From positions 65,086-129,085 of the forward strand of contig CAVQQV010000038.1 of the NCBI GenBank assembly GCA_963714885.1: a stretch of 64,000 nucleotides of DNA. The letters run 5' to 3'. The number at the start of each line of letters is the position of its first letter. The stretch's first letter is position 1. The position numbers were made by a program, and so were the translations under genes. This stretch comes from Candidatus Sulfomarinibacteraceae bacterium (GTDB lineage Bacteria; Acidobacteriota; Thermoanaerobaculia; Thermoanaerobaculales; Sulfomarinibacteraceae). Shown here in pieces: positions 20,856 to 31,834 of this stretch. The notes under the pieces are model-generated. The model did not search any database, was not told where the DNA came from, and saw only the letters and a program-made list of their open reading frames with translations.

Positions 20856-23310
20856 GTGATGAGGTTCTTCGGAGTCATTGACCGCCTCACAGTTCGTGAG
20901 ATCTTCGCTCCCACCGTCCTCGGGTTCATGACCTATACCTTTCTGGTGGTCATCCGCGGTTTCTACAACCTCATCGAACAGGTCCTGGTGCGCGGTGTCG
21001 CGGTAGCTGATGCCGCCAAGGTTCTGTTCATCACGCTGCCGCACGTGGTCGTTCTGACGATCCCGATGAGTTTTCTCTTCGGCGTCCTGTTGGCCGCCGG
21101 TAGAATGAACGCCGACAGTGAGTTGGTGGCCCTGCAGGCCGGTGGAATCCCAATCAGACGGTTGCTGCGGCCGATTCTCGTTTTTGCGGTCGCCCTTGCC
21201 GCATTCAATGCCTATCTCTACCTTTTCGTCATTCCAGATTCCAGCACGCAGCTGCGCGAACTCAAGGTCAAGCTCTTTGCAGGCGCCAAAAACCTCGGCA
21301 GAATCGACCCACAGGTCTTCCACGAGGAAATCCCGAACACCCTCTTGTATTTGAGGGATGCAGATACCGAAACCGGCGAATGGCAGGACATCATGCTGTT
21401 CGACAACAGCAACCCGGGCGAAGAGCGGCTGACCCTGGCGCGCACCGGGAGGATGGTGTCCTCCGGGGCCGCCGGGAGTGTGGACGCCAGCCCTACCTCC
21501 GGCGAGTTGCCCGAAGCCGACCAGTGGATCCGGCTCGAAGAGGTGGTCACCCACCAGTTTTCGCGTGACGATCCGGAAACCTATCGGGTCAACCGAACGA
21601 AATCGCAGCTGATTCGGCCGTCCTTCGACGGTGGCGGCACCACTCACTATCGCCTCAGCATGCGCGAGCGATCGAGCCGGGACCTGGTCAAGTTTCTGCT
21701 CGGTGGACCTCTGGTCGACGCCGAGGGGCAGCCAGAAACGGGCGGTCCCGACCTCGAACTCTCACGCCGGCACGCGGGAATCGAGCTCAACAAACGGCTG
21801 GCGATCCCCTTCGCGTGCGTGGTTTTCGGGCTGCTTGCCCTGCCGCTCGGAGTCGGATCGGGGTCCGGCGGACGGGGCCGTGGATTCGTGATCTCGGTGG
21901 GCGTCGTCCTCGCCTACTATCTGGTCAACAACCAGGGCGAGGTGCTTGCGATCGAGGGCGCGGTCCCGACCTGGGTCGGCATCTGGCTGCCGAACATCAT
22001 CCTGTCGGTGGTCGCGCTCGTCCTCATGGTCCGGATGGGCCGTTGGCTTGGTGAGCGGGAACCTCGCGTGAACATCTTCGTCCGTGGGGTCAGATCGATC
22101 CGGACCTGGTGGCAAGACCTCCGTCGGCGGCCAAAGGCGACGTCCGGCCAGTTTACGGATGAGTTGACGGGCAGCGTCCCGATCGCGATTCAGCGCCGCC
22201 GTTACGCCAACATCTTTCCGGCCCTTATGGATCGGTACCTGACGCGCCGCCTCCTGCCTCCCCTGTTTCTCGTCTTGTGCAGCACGGCGCTGCTCTACGT
22301 GGTGATTGATCTCAGTGACGCCATCGAGGACATGACCAAGAACCACATCTCGGCCGACCTGATCCTGAGCTACTACGCCAACCGGATTCCGCAGGTGTTT
22401 CTGGATGTCACACCGATGGCGCTGATGATTTCGGTGCTGATCCTGCTCACCGTGATGGAGCAACAACGTGAACTCACCGCGCTCAAGGCGGCTGGGAATC
22501 TCGCTCTACCGTCTGGCGGTCCCGGTTCTTCTGGTGGCTGCCGTCGCCGCCGGCGGGTTGTGGATGCTGGGCGAGTTCATCGTGCCCGACGCCAACCGCG
22601 AAGCGCAACGCCTGCGGGATGTCATCAGGGGCGCCGACACCTCCCGTTCCTACCGTTCGAGCGATCGCCAGTGGTTGCTCTCACGGGACGACGAATCGCT
22701 CTACAATTTCCTGCGCTACGACGGGGAGACCCAGACCCTCATCCGCTTGACGATGTTTCAGATCGACGAAGACATGAACTTGAAATTTCATCTCTCCACC
22801 CGCCGCGCACGCTTTCTCGACGGAAAGTGGATTGCCGACTCCGGGTGGTTCCGACAGTTCTATCCGGATGGAACCGATGTCTTTCGACGCATCGAGGCAC
22901 CGATGGAGCTCAAGATCGAGGAGGATCCGGCATACTTCGGCCAGGAGTACCGGCAGCCGTCGGAAATGACCGTCGGCGAGCTTCGCAACTACATCCTCGA
23001 GCTCGTCGATTCCGGCTATCGTCCTGCAAACCTGGTCGTCCAGTGGCACCAGAAGTTCACCTACCCGCTTTCTGCCTTCGTCATGGTGTTGCTCTCTCTT
23101 CCATTTGCCCTCAGCCGCGGCGGCAGGCGGATCAGCACCATGCAGGGCGTGGCCCTTGCCCTGACGCTCGGAATCGCCTACTTCATGTTGGTGGCTCTTT
23201 TCGGCAAGTTGGGCGAGGTCGAAGTGCTGCCGCCGATCATCGGAGCGTGGTCGCCGGTGGTCCTGGCAACGCTCTTCGCGGTCAATCGGTTGACGACTAT
23301 CCGTACGTAA
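20856..23310 (+). CDS. LptF/LptG-family LPS export permease, apparently a single LptF-LptG fusion (one frameshift near 22495)
   Basis: The first YjgP/YjgQ unit begins MRFFGVIDRLTVREIF and runs to about 22055. An Arg-rich linker of about 60 aa has no stop. The second unit begins MDRYLTRRLLPPLF and continues in ORF 22468..23310 after RELTALKAAG|ISLYRL. Confidence 0.75.
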
Positions 23311-24442
23311 GCGGCGCTTCCCCAATGTCGGCATGCCGACACCTGGCTGAGGCAAGCGCGTGGAATCTTCGCCTCACCGGGTGGAGATCGACACCGCGCT
23401 GGCCGGGGTGATTGCGGTTTGTCAGCAGCACCCAGATCCCCGCGCCCGAGGGTTCGGCCCACACCGAGACTCCGGTGAACCCGGTGTGTCCGAAAGCGGT
23501 GGCCGGCAAGGAGTCGCCGGCCGAACAGCCTCGGGTGGCGGCCATCTGCCAGCCCCATCCTCGTTCCTGCGCGAGCCCGCCCGTCTGTGACGTCACCGCC
23601 GGCCCGACCTCCTCGGACGTCAGGAGATTCGTGCCGCCACCACAGTATTCCGCCGTCAACCGCCGGACGCCGCGAACGGTGCCGAAGAGGCCAGCGTTCC
23701 CCGCCGCACCTCCAAAGAACCGGGCGTTGCCGTCATCCGGCAGCCCCCTTCCTACGGCCGGGATCCACCCCGGATCGAGACCGAGATCCAGCACCAGGCG
23801 CTGTTCGGCCAGAGCCCGCGAGGCTCCTCCGGCCAGCGAGTCCGGAGGGTGGAATCGGGGTTGAATCCGAGATCGTTCTCCAGGCCCGCCGGCACCAGCA
23901 CCCGGTTGCGAAACAGGCGTTCGAGATCAGAACCGGACACTTCTTCGAGCATCATACCGAGGATGATGAAACCCACACAGGAGTAGATCACCCGTTCGAC
24001 CGGGTCGGGACTCCAACTCGATTTGCCGCAGCACCTGCGCCAGCATTTGTGCGCCGGCCCTCGGCCAGACAGTAGAACGGCAGCCAGGCGGGGAGACCGG
24101 AGGAGTGGGTGAGGAGGTGGTGGATCTCGAGTTCGCCCACCGGAGATCTCGTGGTCTCGCGGAGCACCTCCCCCACCCTGGTGTCCGGCGCGAGAACGGC
24201 TTCTCGGAAGGCCAACAATGACAAGGTCGTGGTGACCAGGGGTTTGGTCAGCGACGCCAGGTCGAACCAGGTGTCGGTCGTGACATCGCGCGGGCGAGTC
24301 CCGAACTCTTCGCCGCCCCTCGACGCAACTCGACACTTCTCCCCCGGCGCGCCCCCACTCCGCGATCTGCGCCCGGAAAGCGCCCCGCCGCAACCGCTCG
24401 CGCCAGGAGTTCCCGCACTCTCTGATCTGCGCCTCCGGTCAC
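23297..24442 (-). pseudogene. Serine hydrolase (class C beta-lactamase/PBP4-like family), at least 5 frameshifts as assembled
   Basis: Fragments lie in three frames. They are [18 protein letters not shown] (24442 frame), [15 protein letters not shown] with the SxxK motif (23988..24827 frame), [22 protein letters not shown] (23752..24393 frame) and FGHTGFTGVSVWAEP...VLLTNRNHP (23297..23794 frame). Confidence 0.75.
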
Positions 24443-24827
24443 TTTTCGAGGTCCGTCGACCGGCGTCGGACGGTGGTTTTCGTCGACGTTGACGTAGGTG
24501 ATCTCGGCTTCGGTGACCTGGACCTCGCTCCTCCCGGTTCCAGTGACGGGCGGCGGAGACCTTGACCTTGACGGTGATCGAGGTCCGGCCCACCCGCACG
24601 AGCGAGGTGTAGAACGACACCAGATCGCCGACGAAGACCGGCTCCAGAAAGACGACCTCGTTCATGGCCACGGTCACCACCCGGTGCGCTCCCTGGAACA
24701 GGGCCTCCTCGGCCCCGGCCTGGTCCATATAGGACAGGATGACCCCACCGAAAATGGTGCCCGCAGGGTTGGTGTCGCGGGGCATCATGAGGACCCGGCT
24801 CTTGGGCTGGAAGCGGCTGTCGTCCAT
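24439..24827 (-). CDS. Acyl-CoA thioesterase (hotdog fold, YciA-like), C-terminal frameshifts as assembled
   Basis: Motifs present: [25 protein letters not shown] and [37 protein letters not shown]. The tail [23 protein letters not shown] lies in another frame. The inferred stop 24439-24441 overlaps the hydrolase GTG (GTGA). Confidence 0.75.
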
Positions 24828-24917
24828 GGGGCTCCTCCGAAGTGCTCTCCGGTGAGTATATCCCCACGCGGCGGTGGTCGATTGTTCGGTTCATCCGCAA
24901 TTGCATGAGATCGAGAA

Positions 24918-25289
24918 TTGTACGGAAGAGTTCGCAGAGTCTGCGACAGCGGCAGTTACCCGGGGCCGGAACAGGAACAGGTTTCAGCGGCAGCGGGTGA
25001 TGCCATTTCACTTGTCCTGCGGGTGCCGGCACCGCTCAAGTCGATTGCCGATCAGGTGATCCGTTCAGCGAGTTCCGTACCGGCCAACCTCGCCGAAGGC
25101 CACGGGCGGTCCGGACGCGACCGGTTGCACTTCTGGAGGATTGCTTACGCATCGGCCAAGGAGGTCGCTAGCCACCTACGGCTTCTGGAACGAGCCGGGG
25201 TCGTTAACACCTCCAAAACCATAAGGGTGCTCGAGACATTCGATCAGGTCCGCGCCATGACCTGGCGGCTCATTCACCCGAAGACGTGA
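24918..25289 (+). CDS. Four-helix-bundle protein (23S rRNA intervening-sequence protein family)
   Basis: IADQVIRSASSVPANLAEGHGRSGRDRLHFWRIAYASAKEVASHLRLL matches the family core (dQl.RAa.Si..NiAEG....s.k....f..iA.gS..E). The N-terminus and start codon are uncertain. Confidence 0.65.
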   Translation: MYGRVRRVCDSGSYPGPEQEQVSAAAGDAISLVLRVPAPLKSIADQVIRSASSVPANLAEGHGRSGRDRLHFWRIAYASAKEVASHLRLLERAGVVNTSKTIRVLETFDQVRAMTWRLIHPKT

Positions 25290-25422
25290 ATGGTCACGAT
25301 TACGCACCCGGTCCCGACCGGCGGCTGTCGCCGGAGACCGCCGCTGATCCTGCCCCTGTCACCAGTCGCTGCTCCGGTCGCGGGTTCTGGAAGGTGTTCG
25401 ATGAGGGAGGCGTCTTCGCCGG

Positions 25423-25974
25423 CTATTCTGACGCGATGCTCTCCTCGTCCTTGACCAACTCCTCCGGGTCCGGGAGGTCCTCCGGCCGTTCGAGCCCGAA
25501 GTGGAGGAGGAACTCGCGCGACGTGCGGTAGAGGAACGGCTTGCCCACCACTTTCTTCCGCCCGGCCATCCGCAGCAGTCGTCGATCCAGCAGGGTCCGG
25601 ACCGTGCTCGCCGAGTTTGCACCGCGGATGAAGTTCAACTCCGGCAGGGTCACCGGTTGCCGGTGGGCGATGATCGCGAGCACCTCGAGCGCGGCCTGCG
25701 ACAGCCTTTGGCGGGCGGCGATGCCGTGGAACGCTCTCAGGTAGGGGTCGAGCTCCGGCGGTGTCACGCAGCGCCAGCCGTCCGCCACCTTCTCCAGCCT
25801 GAGCCCGCTGTCGGGGCGGTCCCACACACCGGAGATCGTCTGCAGCGCCTCGAGGACGCTCTCCGCGCCGGCTTCGCGATCGTCCAGCGCCTCAGCCAGG
25901 GCGGTCACGGTCACGGGGCCACTGGCGGTCAAGAGAATGGCTTCGACGGTCGCCAACAGTTCGTCAGGTGTCAC
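25423..25974 (-). CDS. scpB: Segregation and condensation protein B
   Basis: Motifs present: LLATVEAILLTASGPVTV..LAEAL, LSQAALEVLAIIAHRQPVTLPELNFIRG and GRKKVVGKPFLYRTS.EFL. The GTG at 25974 overlaps the scpA end. Confidence 0.88.
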   Translation of the reverse strand: MTPDELLATVEAILLTASGPVTVTALAEALDDREAGAESVLEALQTISGVWDRPDSGLRLEKVADGWRCVTPPELDPYLRAFHGIAARQRLSQAALEVLAIIAHRQPVTLPELNFIRGANSASTVRTLLDRRLLRMAGRKKVVGKPFLYRTSREFLLHFGLERPEDLPDPEELVKDEESIASE

Positions 25975-26746
25975 TGGGTATTTCCTCGTGCAGCATCTGG
26001 GTCGACGTGAGTTGTTGGTCCCCCGGACGAAGATAGATCTCGGCGAACGCCATCCTTTGTTCGGCAAACACGCCGCGGAGACGCACCAACTCGAGGGTGG
26101 CCACCATCACCGCCGCGATCTCCTCGGGATCGGATCTCGAATGGAGGTGACGCAACAGAGGCACCAACCCGTCTTCGAGGACTCGACTGTAGATGTCCTG
26201 CATCTTCTGCTGCACGTTGTAACGCAATGGCAGGACCTGAAGCGGTGCCGGATGGGCTGAGGCAAATCTCTGCATGACGCTGAGGTAGGTCTCGGCGAGA
26301 AGACGAAGGTCCACGTCCGCCCAATCCAACTCCGGTTCCTCCCCGGTTTCGAACGCGGTCTTCAGCGTCGGGGTCCACAGACACCGCCTCACGGTGTCCG
26401 TGTCGTACAGGAAGGACGCAAGCTCCTTCACCCGGCGATAGGCCAGCAGGCGTTCCACCAACTCGTCGCGGGGGTCCTCCTCCCCTTCGGCGACCGTCGG
26501 CAACAGCATCTTCGATTTCAGGTGGAGCAGCCACGAAGCCATCCACAGGAACTCGCCGGCGACGTCGAGATCGAGTTCCTGCATGGAGCGTAGGTGCGCG
26601 TTGAACTGATCGCAGATACTGAATATCGGGATGTCGTAGATCGATACCTCATTCTTGCGAATGAGATGCAGCAGCAGATCCAGCGGACCGCTGAACACCG
26701 TCAACTCCACTGGTGGGCTGAAAAGCTCTTCGGCAGGCATCGTCAT
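25964..26746 (-). CDS. scpA: Segregation and condensation protein A
   Basis: FSGPLDLLLHLIRKNEVSIYDIPIFSICDQF and AGEFLWMASWLLHLKSKMLLP are present. The start is taken at ATG 26746; ATG 26800 and the ORF start 26908 are alternatives. Confidence 0.85.
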   Translation of the reverse strand: MTMPAEELFSPPVELTVFSGPLDLLLHLIRKNEVSIYDIPIFSICDQFNAHLRSMQELDLDVAGEFLWMASWLLHLKSKMLLPTVAEGEEDPRDELVERLLAYRRVKELASFLYDTDTVRRCLWTPTLKTAFETGEEPELDWADVDLRLLAETYLSVMQRFASAHPAPLQVLPLRYNVQQKMQDIYSRVLEDGLVPLLRHLHSRSDPEEIAAVMVATLELVRLRGVFAEQRMAFAEIYLRPGDQQLTSTQMLHEEIPSDT

Positions 26747-26847
26747 CGGGCGGGAGTATACAGGCTCTCCCGTCGCCGTGCTCGCAGCCGGTTCTTCCAT
26801 CCAAATGGCAGTGTTAAACTCTCCGGCGCTCGTAAACAGGAGGCCCG

Positions 26848-27445
26848 ATGGAGCACTGGGACGGACAGATGGACCTGTTCGATGCCAACCCGCAGCGGGA
26901 GGTGTCACCGGATCAGAAGGTGGTGGTGTTCGACCTCGAGACCCAGCGGTCGTTTGCCGAAGTCGGCGGGCGCAGCCAGCTTCACAAGTTGGGCGTGTCG
27001 ATCGGCGTCGCCTATAGCTACGACCTCGATGAATTTCTCGTCGTCAACGAAGACGAGATCCAGCAGCTGATCGATCTGTTTGGTCGAGGCCGATCTCGTC
27101 GTCGGCTACAACATCCGCGGCTTCGACTACGAGGTGCTGCGGGCCTACACCGATCAGGATCTGCAAAAACTGCCGACCTTCGACATCATGTACGACCTCG
27201 AAGAACGCCTCGGCTTCCGGCCCAAACTCGAAAGCGTGGCCTCCCCCACTCTCGGCGTCGGCAAGAGCGCCGACGGACTTCAGGCCCTCGAATGGTGGCG
27301 CCTCGGTGAAGTCGAGAAGATCGCCGACTACTGCCGAGAGGACGTCCGCGTCACGCGGGACCTCTACAACTTCGGCAAACGTCATCGATGGGTTCACGTC
27401 GACCGCTTCGGCGGCAAACCGCGGAAGGTCGAAGTGAATTGGTAA
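26848..27445 (+). CDS. RNase H-like fold 3'-5' exonuclease-domain protein (one frameshift near 27080)
   Basis: VVVFDLETQ is ExoI-like (DxE). VVGYNIRGFDYEVL (ExoII-like) and YCREDVRVTRDLY (ExoIII-like) lie in the second frame (27080..27445). Confidence 0.6.
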
Positions 27446-27454
27446 ATTCTGAGA

Positions 27455-28801
27455 TTATTCTTTAATTTCAACGATTTTTTTGCGACAAACGATTACGAGC
27501 TGATCTCTCCCCGGGATACCGAGTGATTTGAAGAGCGGGGACGCGGCGGCCGGGGCTGAACCCAGCGAGGCCAGCGTCGACCGGTACTCACGAAGGGCCC
27601 GGTTGGACCGTCCGTCCGCCTCGAGGGCGACCGCCAGCAGAAAGCGGATCTCGGGCACCCCCGGGTCGAGATACAAGGCCCCGCGATAGGCGTCGGCGGC
27701 GTCCTTGTATGCCGTCAATCGCGACGCGGCAAAACCCACCAGGGCGTGGGTCACCGGGTTCTCCGGGAAATCGTGCCGCAGCGTCAATGCAATCCCGCGC
27801 GCGGTTTCGAAATCGGCGGCCGTCAACGCATTCAGAATGAGGCGGATGCGCTCGTCCGGCGCCCGCTGATCCGCGGCCTCCTCGGACACGGCGGGCGGGA
27901 GCGCCTGGTCCGGCCCCCTGCGTCCGGAGTCGCCGGCGTTTCGCTGAACCGGTCGGGAGACACCGCCACCCGCTCGCAGATCGACGGCCGGGGCGGGCCA
28001 CCGGTAACAGAAACACGACCCGAGATCCCGCGGGCGAAGGGACGCATCGAGTGACAACAGGCTCTCGCTCGGGCCGAGGAACAAAACGCCGTCCGGCGCC
28101 AGCGACTGCTCGACGGTTTGAACGACCTTCCGCTGCTGCTCGGGCCGGAAATAGATCAGCACATTCCGTAAAAAAATCACGTCGAACGGGCCCTGTTCGA
28201 GAACCGCGTCGCGGTCGACCAGGTTCAACCTTCGATAGGCGATCCGGCCGAGCAGTTTCGGGTCCACCTGCCAGCGATCGTTGCAGCGGTTGAATCGGGA
28301 CGCCAGGACATCGGCAGGCACGGCAGCCACCGCGCGTTCGCCATAATGTCCGAGCCGGGCCTCGTCCAACGCCTGGTCATCGACATCGGTCGCGAGAATC
28401 GTCCAGTCCCAGGTGCTCACCACCGGGTGTGAGGCAAGGACTATGGCGAGCGTGACCGCCTCCTCACCACGCGCACAACCGGCACACCACACCTTGAGGC
28501 GACGGTCGCGTCGGATCGCCACCAGCTCCTCCAGGATCGTATGGCTCAGCGCATCCATCTGACCCCGGCCGCGGAACAGGTAGGACTCCTTGACGGTGAT
28601 TCGAGCGAGCAGGTGCCGCCATTCGGGAGAGTCGGACCTCACCGTCAACATGTCCAGGTACTCCTCGAACCCGGCCAGCCTCAAGGATGCGATCTGTTCA
28701 CGGGCGATGACCGCCAGCTGGCCGTAGTTCCGCGGAGAGACCACGAACCCACTCGCCTCCTCGATCATGCGGGCCAGTTCGGCGACCGCCGCGTCCATCA
28801 C
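27455..28801 (-). CDS. cheR: Chemotaxis protein methyltransferase CheR with C-terminal TPR domain
   Basis: ESYLFRG, LKVWCAGCARGEEAVTLAI and FDVIFLRNVLIYF are CheR SAM-MTase motifs. The C-terminal ~120 aa are TPR-like (AYKDAADAYRGALYLDPG). Confidence 0.88.
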   Translation of the reverse strand: MMDAAVAELARMIEEASGFVVSPRNYGQLAVIAREQIASLRLAGFEEYLDMLTVRSDSPEWRHLLARITVKESYLFRGRGQMDALSHTILEELVAIRRDRRLKVWCAGCARGEEAVTLAIVLASHPVVSTWDWTILATDVDDQALDEARLGHYGERAVAAVPADVLASRFNRCNDRWQVDPKLLGRIAYRRLNLVDRDAVLEQGPFDVIFLRNVLIYFRPEQQRKVVQTVEQSLAPDGVLFLGPSESLLSLDASLRPRDLGSCFCYRWPAPAVDLRAGGGVSRPVQRNAGDSGRRGPDQALPPAVSEEAADQRAPDERIRLILNALTAADFETARGIALTLRHDFPENPVTHALVGFAASRLTAYKDAADAYRGALYLDPGVPEIRFLLAVALEADGRSNRALREYRSTLASLGSAPAAASPLFKSLGIPGRDQLVIVCRKKIVEIKE

Positions 28802-29820
28802 CGGGCCCCTGATGCGTGGGTCAGAAGACGTCCTATCTGGGCCGGGGTCAGGGTGAAGGTCGCGGCACCCATTTCGATCGCCGCACGGGGCATTCCAAAG
28901 ACCGCGCAGCTCGCCGCGTCCTGGGCGATGGTGAGAAAATTCGCACGGCGGAGGTCAAAAAGACCAACCGCGCCGTCGGAGCCCATCCCCGAAAGTTGCA
29001 CGGCGGCCGCCGTGCCCGGTGGGTGGTCCAGAAGACTCCGGAACAGAGTCTCCACCGACGGGCTGTGGCCGTTGACCGGCGGCCCATTACGGTCCAACGC
29101 AAGGCTGCCATCCCTCCTGAGCACCATGTGTCCGCCGGCCGGAGCGAGACGCACCGAACCCGGCGCCAGCCGTTCCCCGTCGCGGGCGACCGCCACATCG
29201 AGCCCGCTCTCGGCCGCCAGCCACTCGGCGAGGACGGTTTCGAATCCCGCGGCGATGTGCTGGACGACAGCGATCCCGATCCCGGCGCCTCCAGCGAGAG
29301 CGCGCAGCAACTCGCACAAAGCACCGGGCCCCCCGGTCGACGCGCCGATGGCCACAAAGCGCAGTCCGCGCCGGATCGCCGGCACCTCAATGGGTTGGGC
29401 CGAACCGGGGTCATGGATGTCGGTTTTTTTGCAGACTTCGACGATCGCGGTCCCGAGCGCCCTCCCGAGATCGGCCCACCCGTCGGGGTGGTCGGGTTTG
29501 GGGTGGACCGCGATCACACCGAGGCCGTGGGCCGCAAAGGCGATGCGCGTGGTGTCGGTGCGGAGCGGTGGAATCATCGCGAAGATCGGCGTCCTTTCCA
29601 CCTCCGCCACCGCCTCGATCAGTTCGCGTCCGCCGAGACCCGCCAGATCGAGATCCATGACCAGCGCGTCTGGCCGCGTCCCGCGGACCAGCTCCACCAA
29701 CTTCACACCGTCATCGGTCTCGCCGACAATCTCGATCTTCTCGAACGCACCGAGAAGCCGCCGCAGGACGGTGCGCACGGTTGCCGAGCGGTCCGCCACT
29801 ACCAGCCGTACGCCGGTCAT
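28798..29820 (-). CDS. cheB: Protein-glutamate methylesterase/glutaminase CheB (REC + esterase)
   Basis: RLVVADRSATVR...DALVMDLDL is the REC domain. AIGASTGGPGAL, VVQHIAAGF, LSGMGSDG and FGMPRAAIE are CheB catalytic motifs. Confidence 0.9.
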   Translation of the reverse strand: MTGVRLVVADRSATVRTVLRRLLGAFEKIEIVGETDDGVKLVELVRGTRPDALVMDLDLAGLGGRELIEAVAEVERTPIFAMIPPLRTDTTRIAFAAHGLGVIAVHPKPDHPDGWADLGRALGTAIVEVCKKTDIHDPGSAQPIEVPAIRRGLRFVAIGASTGGPGALCELLRALAGGAGIGIAVVQHIAAGFETVLAEWLAAESGLDVAVARDGERLAPGSVRLAPAGGHMVLRRDGSLALDRNGPPVNGHSPSVETLFRSLLDHPPGTAAAVQLSGMGSDGAVGLFDLRRANFLTIAQDAASCAVFGMPRAAIEMGAATFTLTPAQIGRLLTHASGAR

Positions 29821-31828
29821 CCGTCGCCCGCCACCCGGCGGACCAATGCCACCAGTTCGCGGGCGTCGAGGCCCTGTTTCGTGAGGTAGGCGTCGGCACC
29901 CGCCTCGAGCCCGGCCAGCCGATCCGCCGGTCGGTCGAGGGTCGAAACGACCACGATCGGCAGGTCCGCAAACGCCGGGTCCTCGCGAATCGCCCGCGTC
30001 AGACCCAACCCGTCCATGCCGGGCATCTCGATGTCGGTGACCACGCAGTCCATCGGGCGGGAGGCGAGGGCGTGCAACGCGTCTTCGGCCGACCCGACGC
30101 CGGTGACCGCGATACCGGCATCCTCCAGGAGCCGGCGCACCATCTCCCGAGTGACGTCCGAGTCGTCCACCAGGAGCGCCCTGATGGGACGCACGGTGCG
30201 GCGCACGCCGTCCCGGCTCACCGGGTCGAACGGGGTCCCGAGACCGAGCCGCTGCAGCGACAGCACCGCCACCGGCCTGCCCGAGGCCAGCAGGGCAATT
30301 CCCTCCACCCCGGCAGGGGCGCCCGCCGCCGCCGGAATCGGGCGGACGATGACCTCTTCCTCCCCGACAACGTCATCGGCGACAACGCCGACAAAGGCCC
30401 CCCCGACGACCGTCTCCACCAGCACGGCGCCGCCTCTCGAGTCCTCGCCCGCGAGGTCTGAAAGGAACCTGGGGAAGATCGACTGTCCCCGGATCTCGAT
30501 TCTTCGCCGGCCGTTCTCCTCCGTGACGGCGCCCGGAGGCAGGCGGCGAAAGGCCTGGATCGGCGCCGCCGGCAGCGCGAGCTGGTGTTCGCCGACCCTG
30601 AGGACGAGGACGCGATCGCCGCGGCGGGCAATCGGGACCTCGACCGTCACCGTAGTCCCGCGCCCCAACTGCGACTCGAGCCACACGTCTCCGCCCACCG
30701 CTCGCACCGCGGCCGCGACGGCATCGAGACCGACCCCACGGCCCGAGACCTGCGACGTCTCGTCGCGGGTGGTGAAACCGGGGAGCAGCAGCAGGTGGAG
30801 AGCCTCCGCATCCACCAGACCGGCCGCCTCGGTCGGGCTCGATGAAGCCCCTCTCGACCGCCGCTGCGACAACTGATCCGGCCTCGATTCCGCGGCCGTC
30901 GTCGCGCACCACCAGACGGACCCGGTCGCCGTCGGTCGAGGCCTCGAGCCGCACCTCCGCGGTTTCGGCCTTGCCGGCCAGACGACGGTCTCCGGGCGTC
31001 TCCACTCCGTGGTCCACCGCGTTGCGCACGAGGTGGAGAAATGCCTCGCGCAGAGCATTCGAGATTCTCCGGTCGAGCTGGGCGTCGCCGGCGTCGGCGG
31101 TGACCTCGACCCGCTTGCCGAGCGAGTCCGCGAGCTCTCGCGCATGATCCGCGAGCAACCGCACGAATGGCCGGATCGGTTGGATCTGCAGGTGAAGTAA
31201 CGTGTCGAGCTGGCGGTCGGCCAAACGCCGGAGGATCCGCTGTCCTCCCTCGAGTTCGAGCCCCACCTGTCGCAACGACGTCGCGAGGGTCGCCAGCACC
31301 TGCTCCGGCGCGCGGTCGCCGACTCCGCGTTCGGCCAGCGTCGCCAACCTGAAAATGCGGTCGGCCAGACCCTCGGCCGCCACCGCGATCACCCGCAGCC
31401 TGGCCCCCCGGTCGGCAAGATCGTCGACCACCCCGGCCTTGACCCGCATGTTCTCGCCCGGTGCCCGCCGTTTCTTGGAGGTTGATCGCCGATCGGGCTG
31501 CGGAGCGCTGCTCTCTTCGGCTCCGGGAGCACCGCCTGAAAGCGACTCAACCAAGGTGGCGATCGCGGTGCAGCACGATGCCAGCTCGTCCCGTTGATCC
31601 GCGGCGTCTACCGCCGCGAGGTCCTCGGCGCGGTGGCACAGGTCGGAGATCTCTCCCGAGACCCATCATCCGGCTCGCGCCCTTGAGGGCGTGGAGCTCC
31701 CTCCGCAACCCGACCACGGCCAGGTCATCGGTCCCGATCCGGCCCACCAGCTCGATCACGCGTTCGAGGCGCTCCCCGGCCTCCTCGAGGAACAGCGCGA
31801 TCAGGTCAGCATCGTCTCGAGCGGTCAC
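29817..31828 (-). CDS. cheA: Histidine kinase CheA fused to a C-terminal receiver (2 frameshifts near 31650 and 30855)
   Basis: The Hpt domain is LRRELHALKGASRMMGL (31828 frame). HLVRNAVDHGVE (N box) and VVRDDGRGI lie in the 30373..31554 frame. SGRGVGLDAV, a CheW-like P5 domain and the REC domain (ALLVDDSDVTRE...TDIEMPGMDG) lie in the 29817..31145 frame. Confidence 0.88.
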
Positions 31829-31834
31829 CGCGGC

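Noticed and set aside
20632-20859. A 75-aa ORF in the parB-lptF spacer.
   Set aside because: It has no ribosome-binding site and no recognisable motif. It is entirely covered by the long-range base-paired structure, which explains the sequence better.
24874-25289. The four-helix-bundle (23S rRNA IVS-type) gene as a sign of a nearby rRNA operon or mobile element.
   Set aside because: No rRNA sequence, integrase, transposase or terminal repeats flank it. Stand-alone copies of this family are common.
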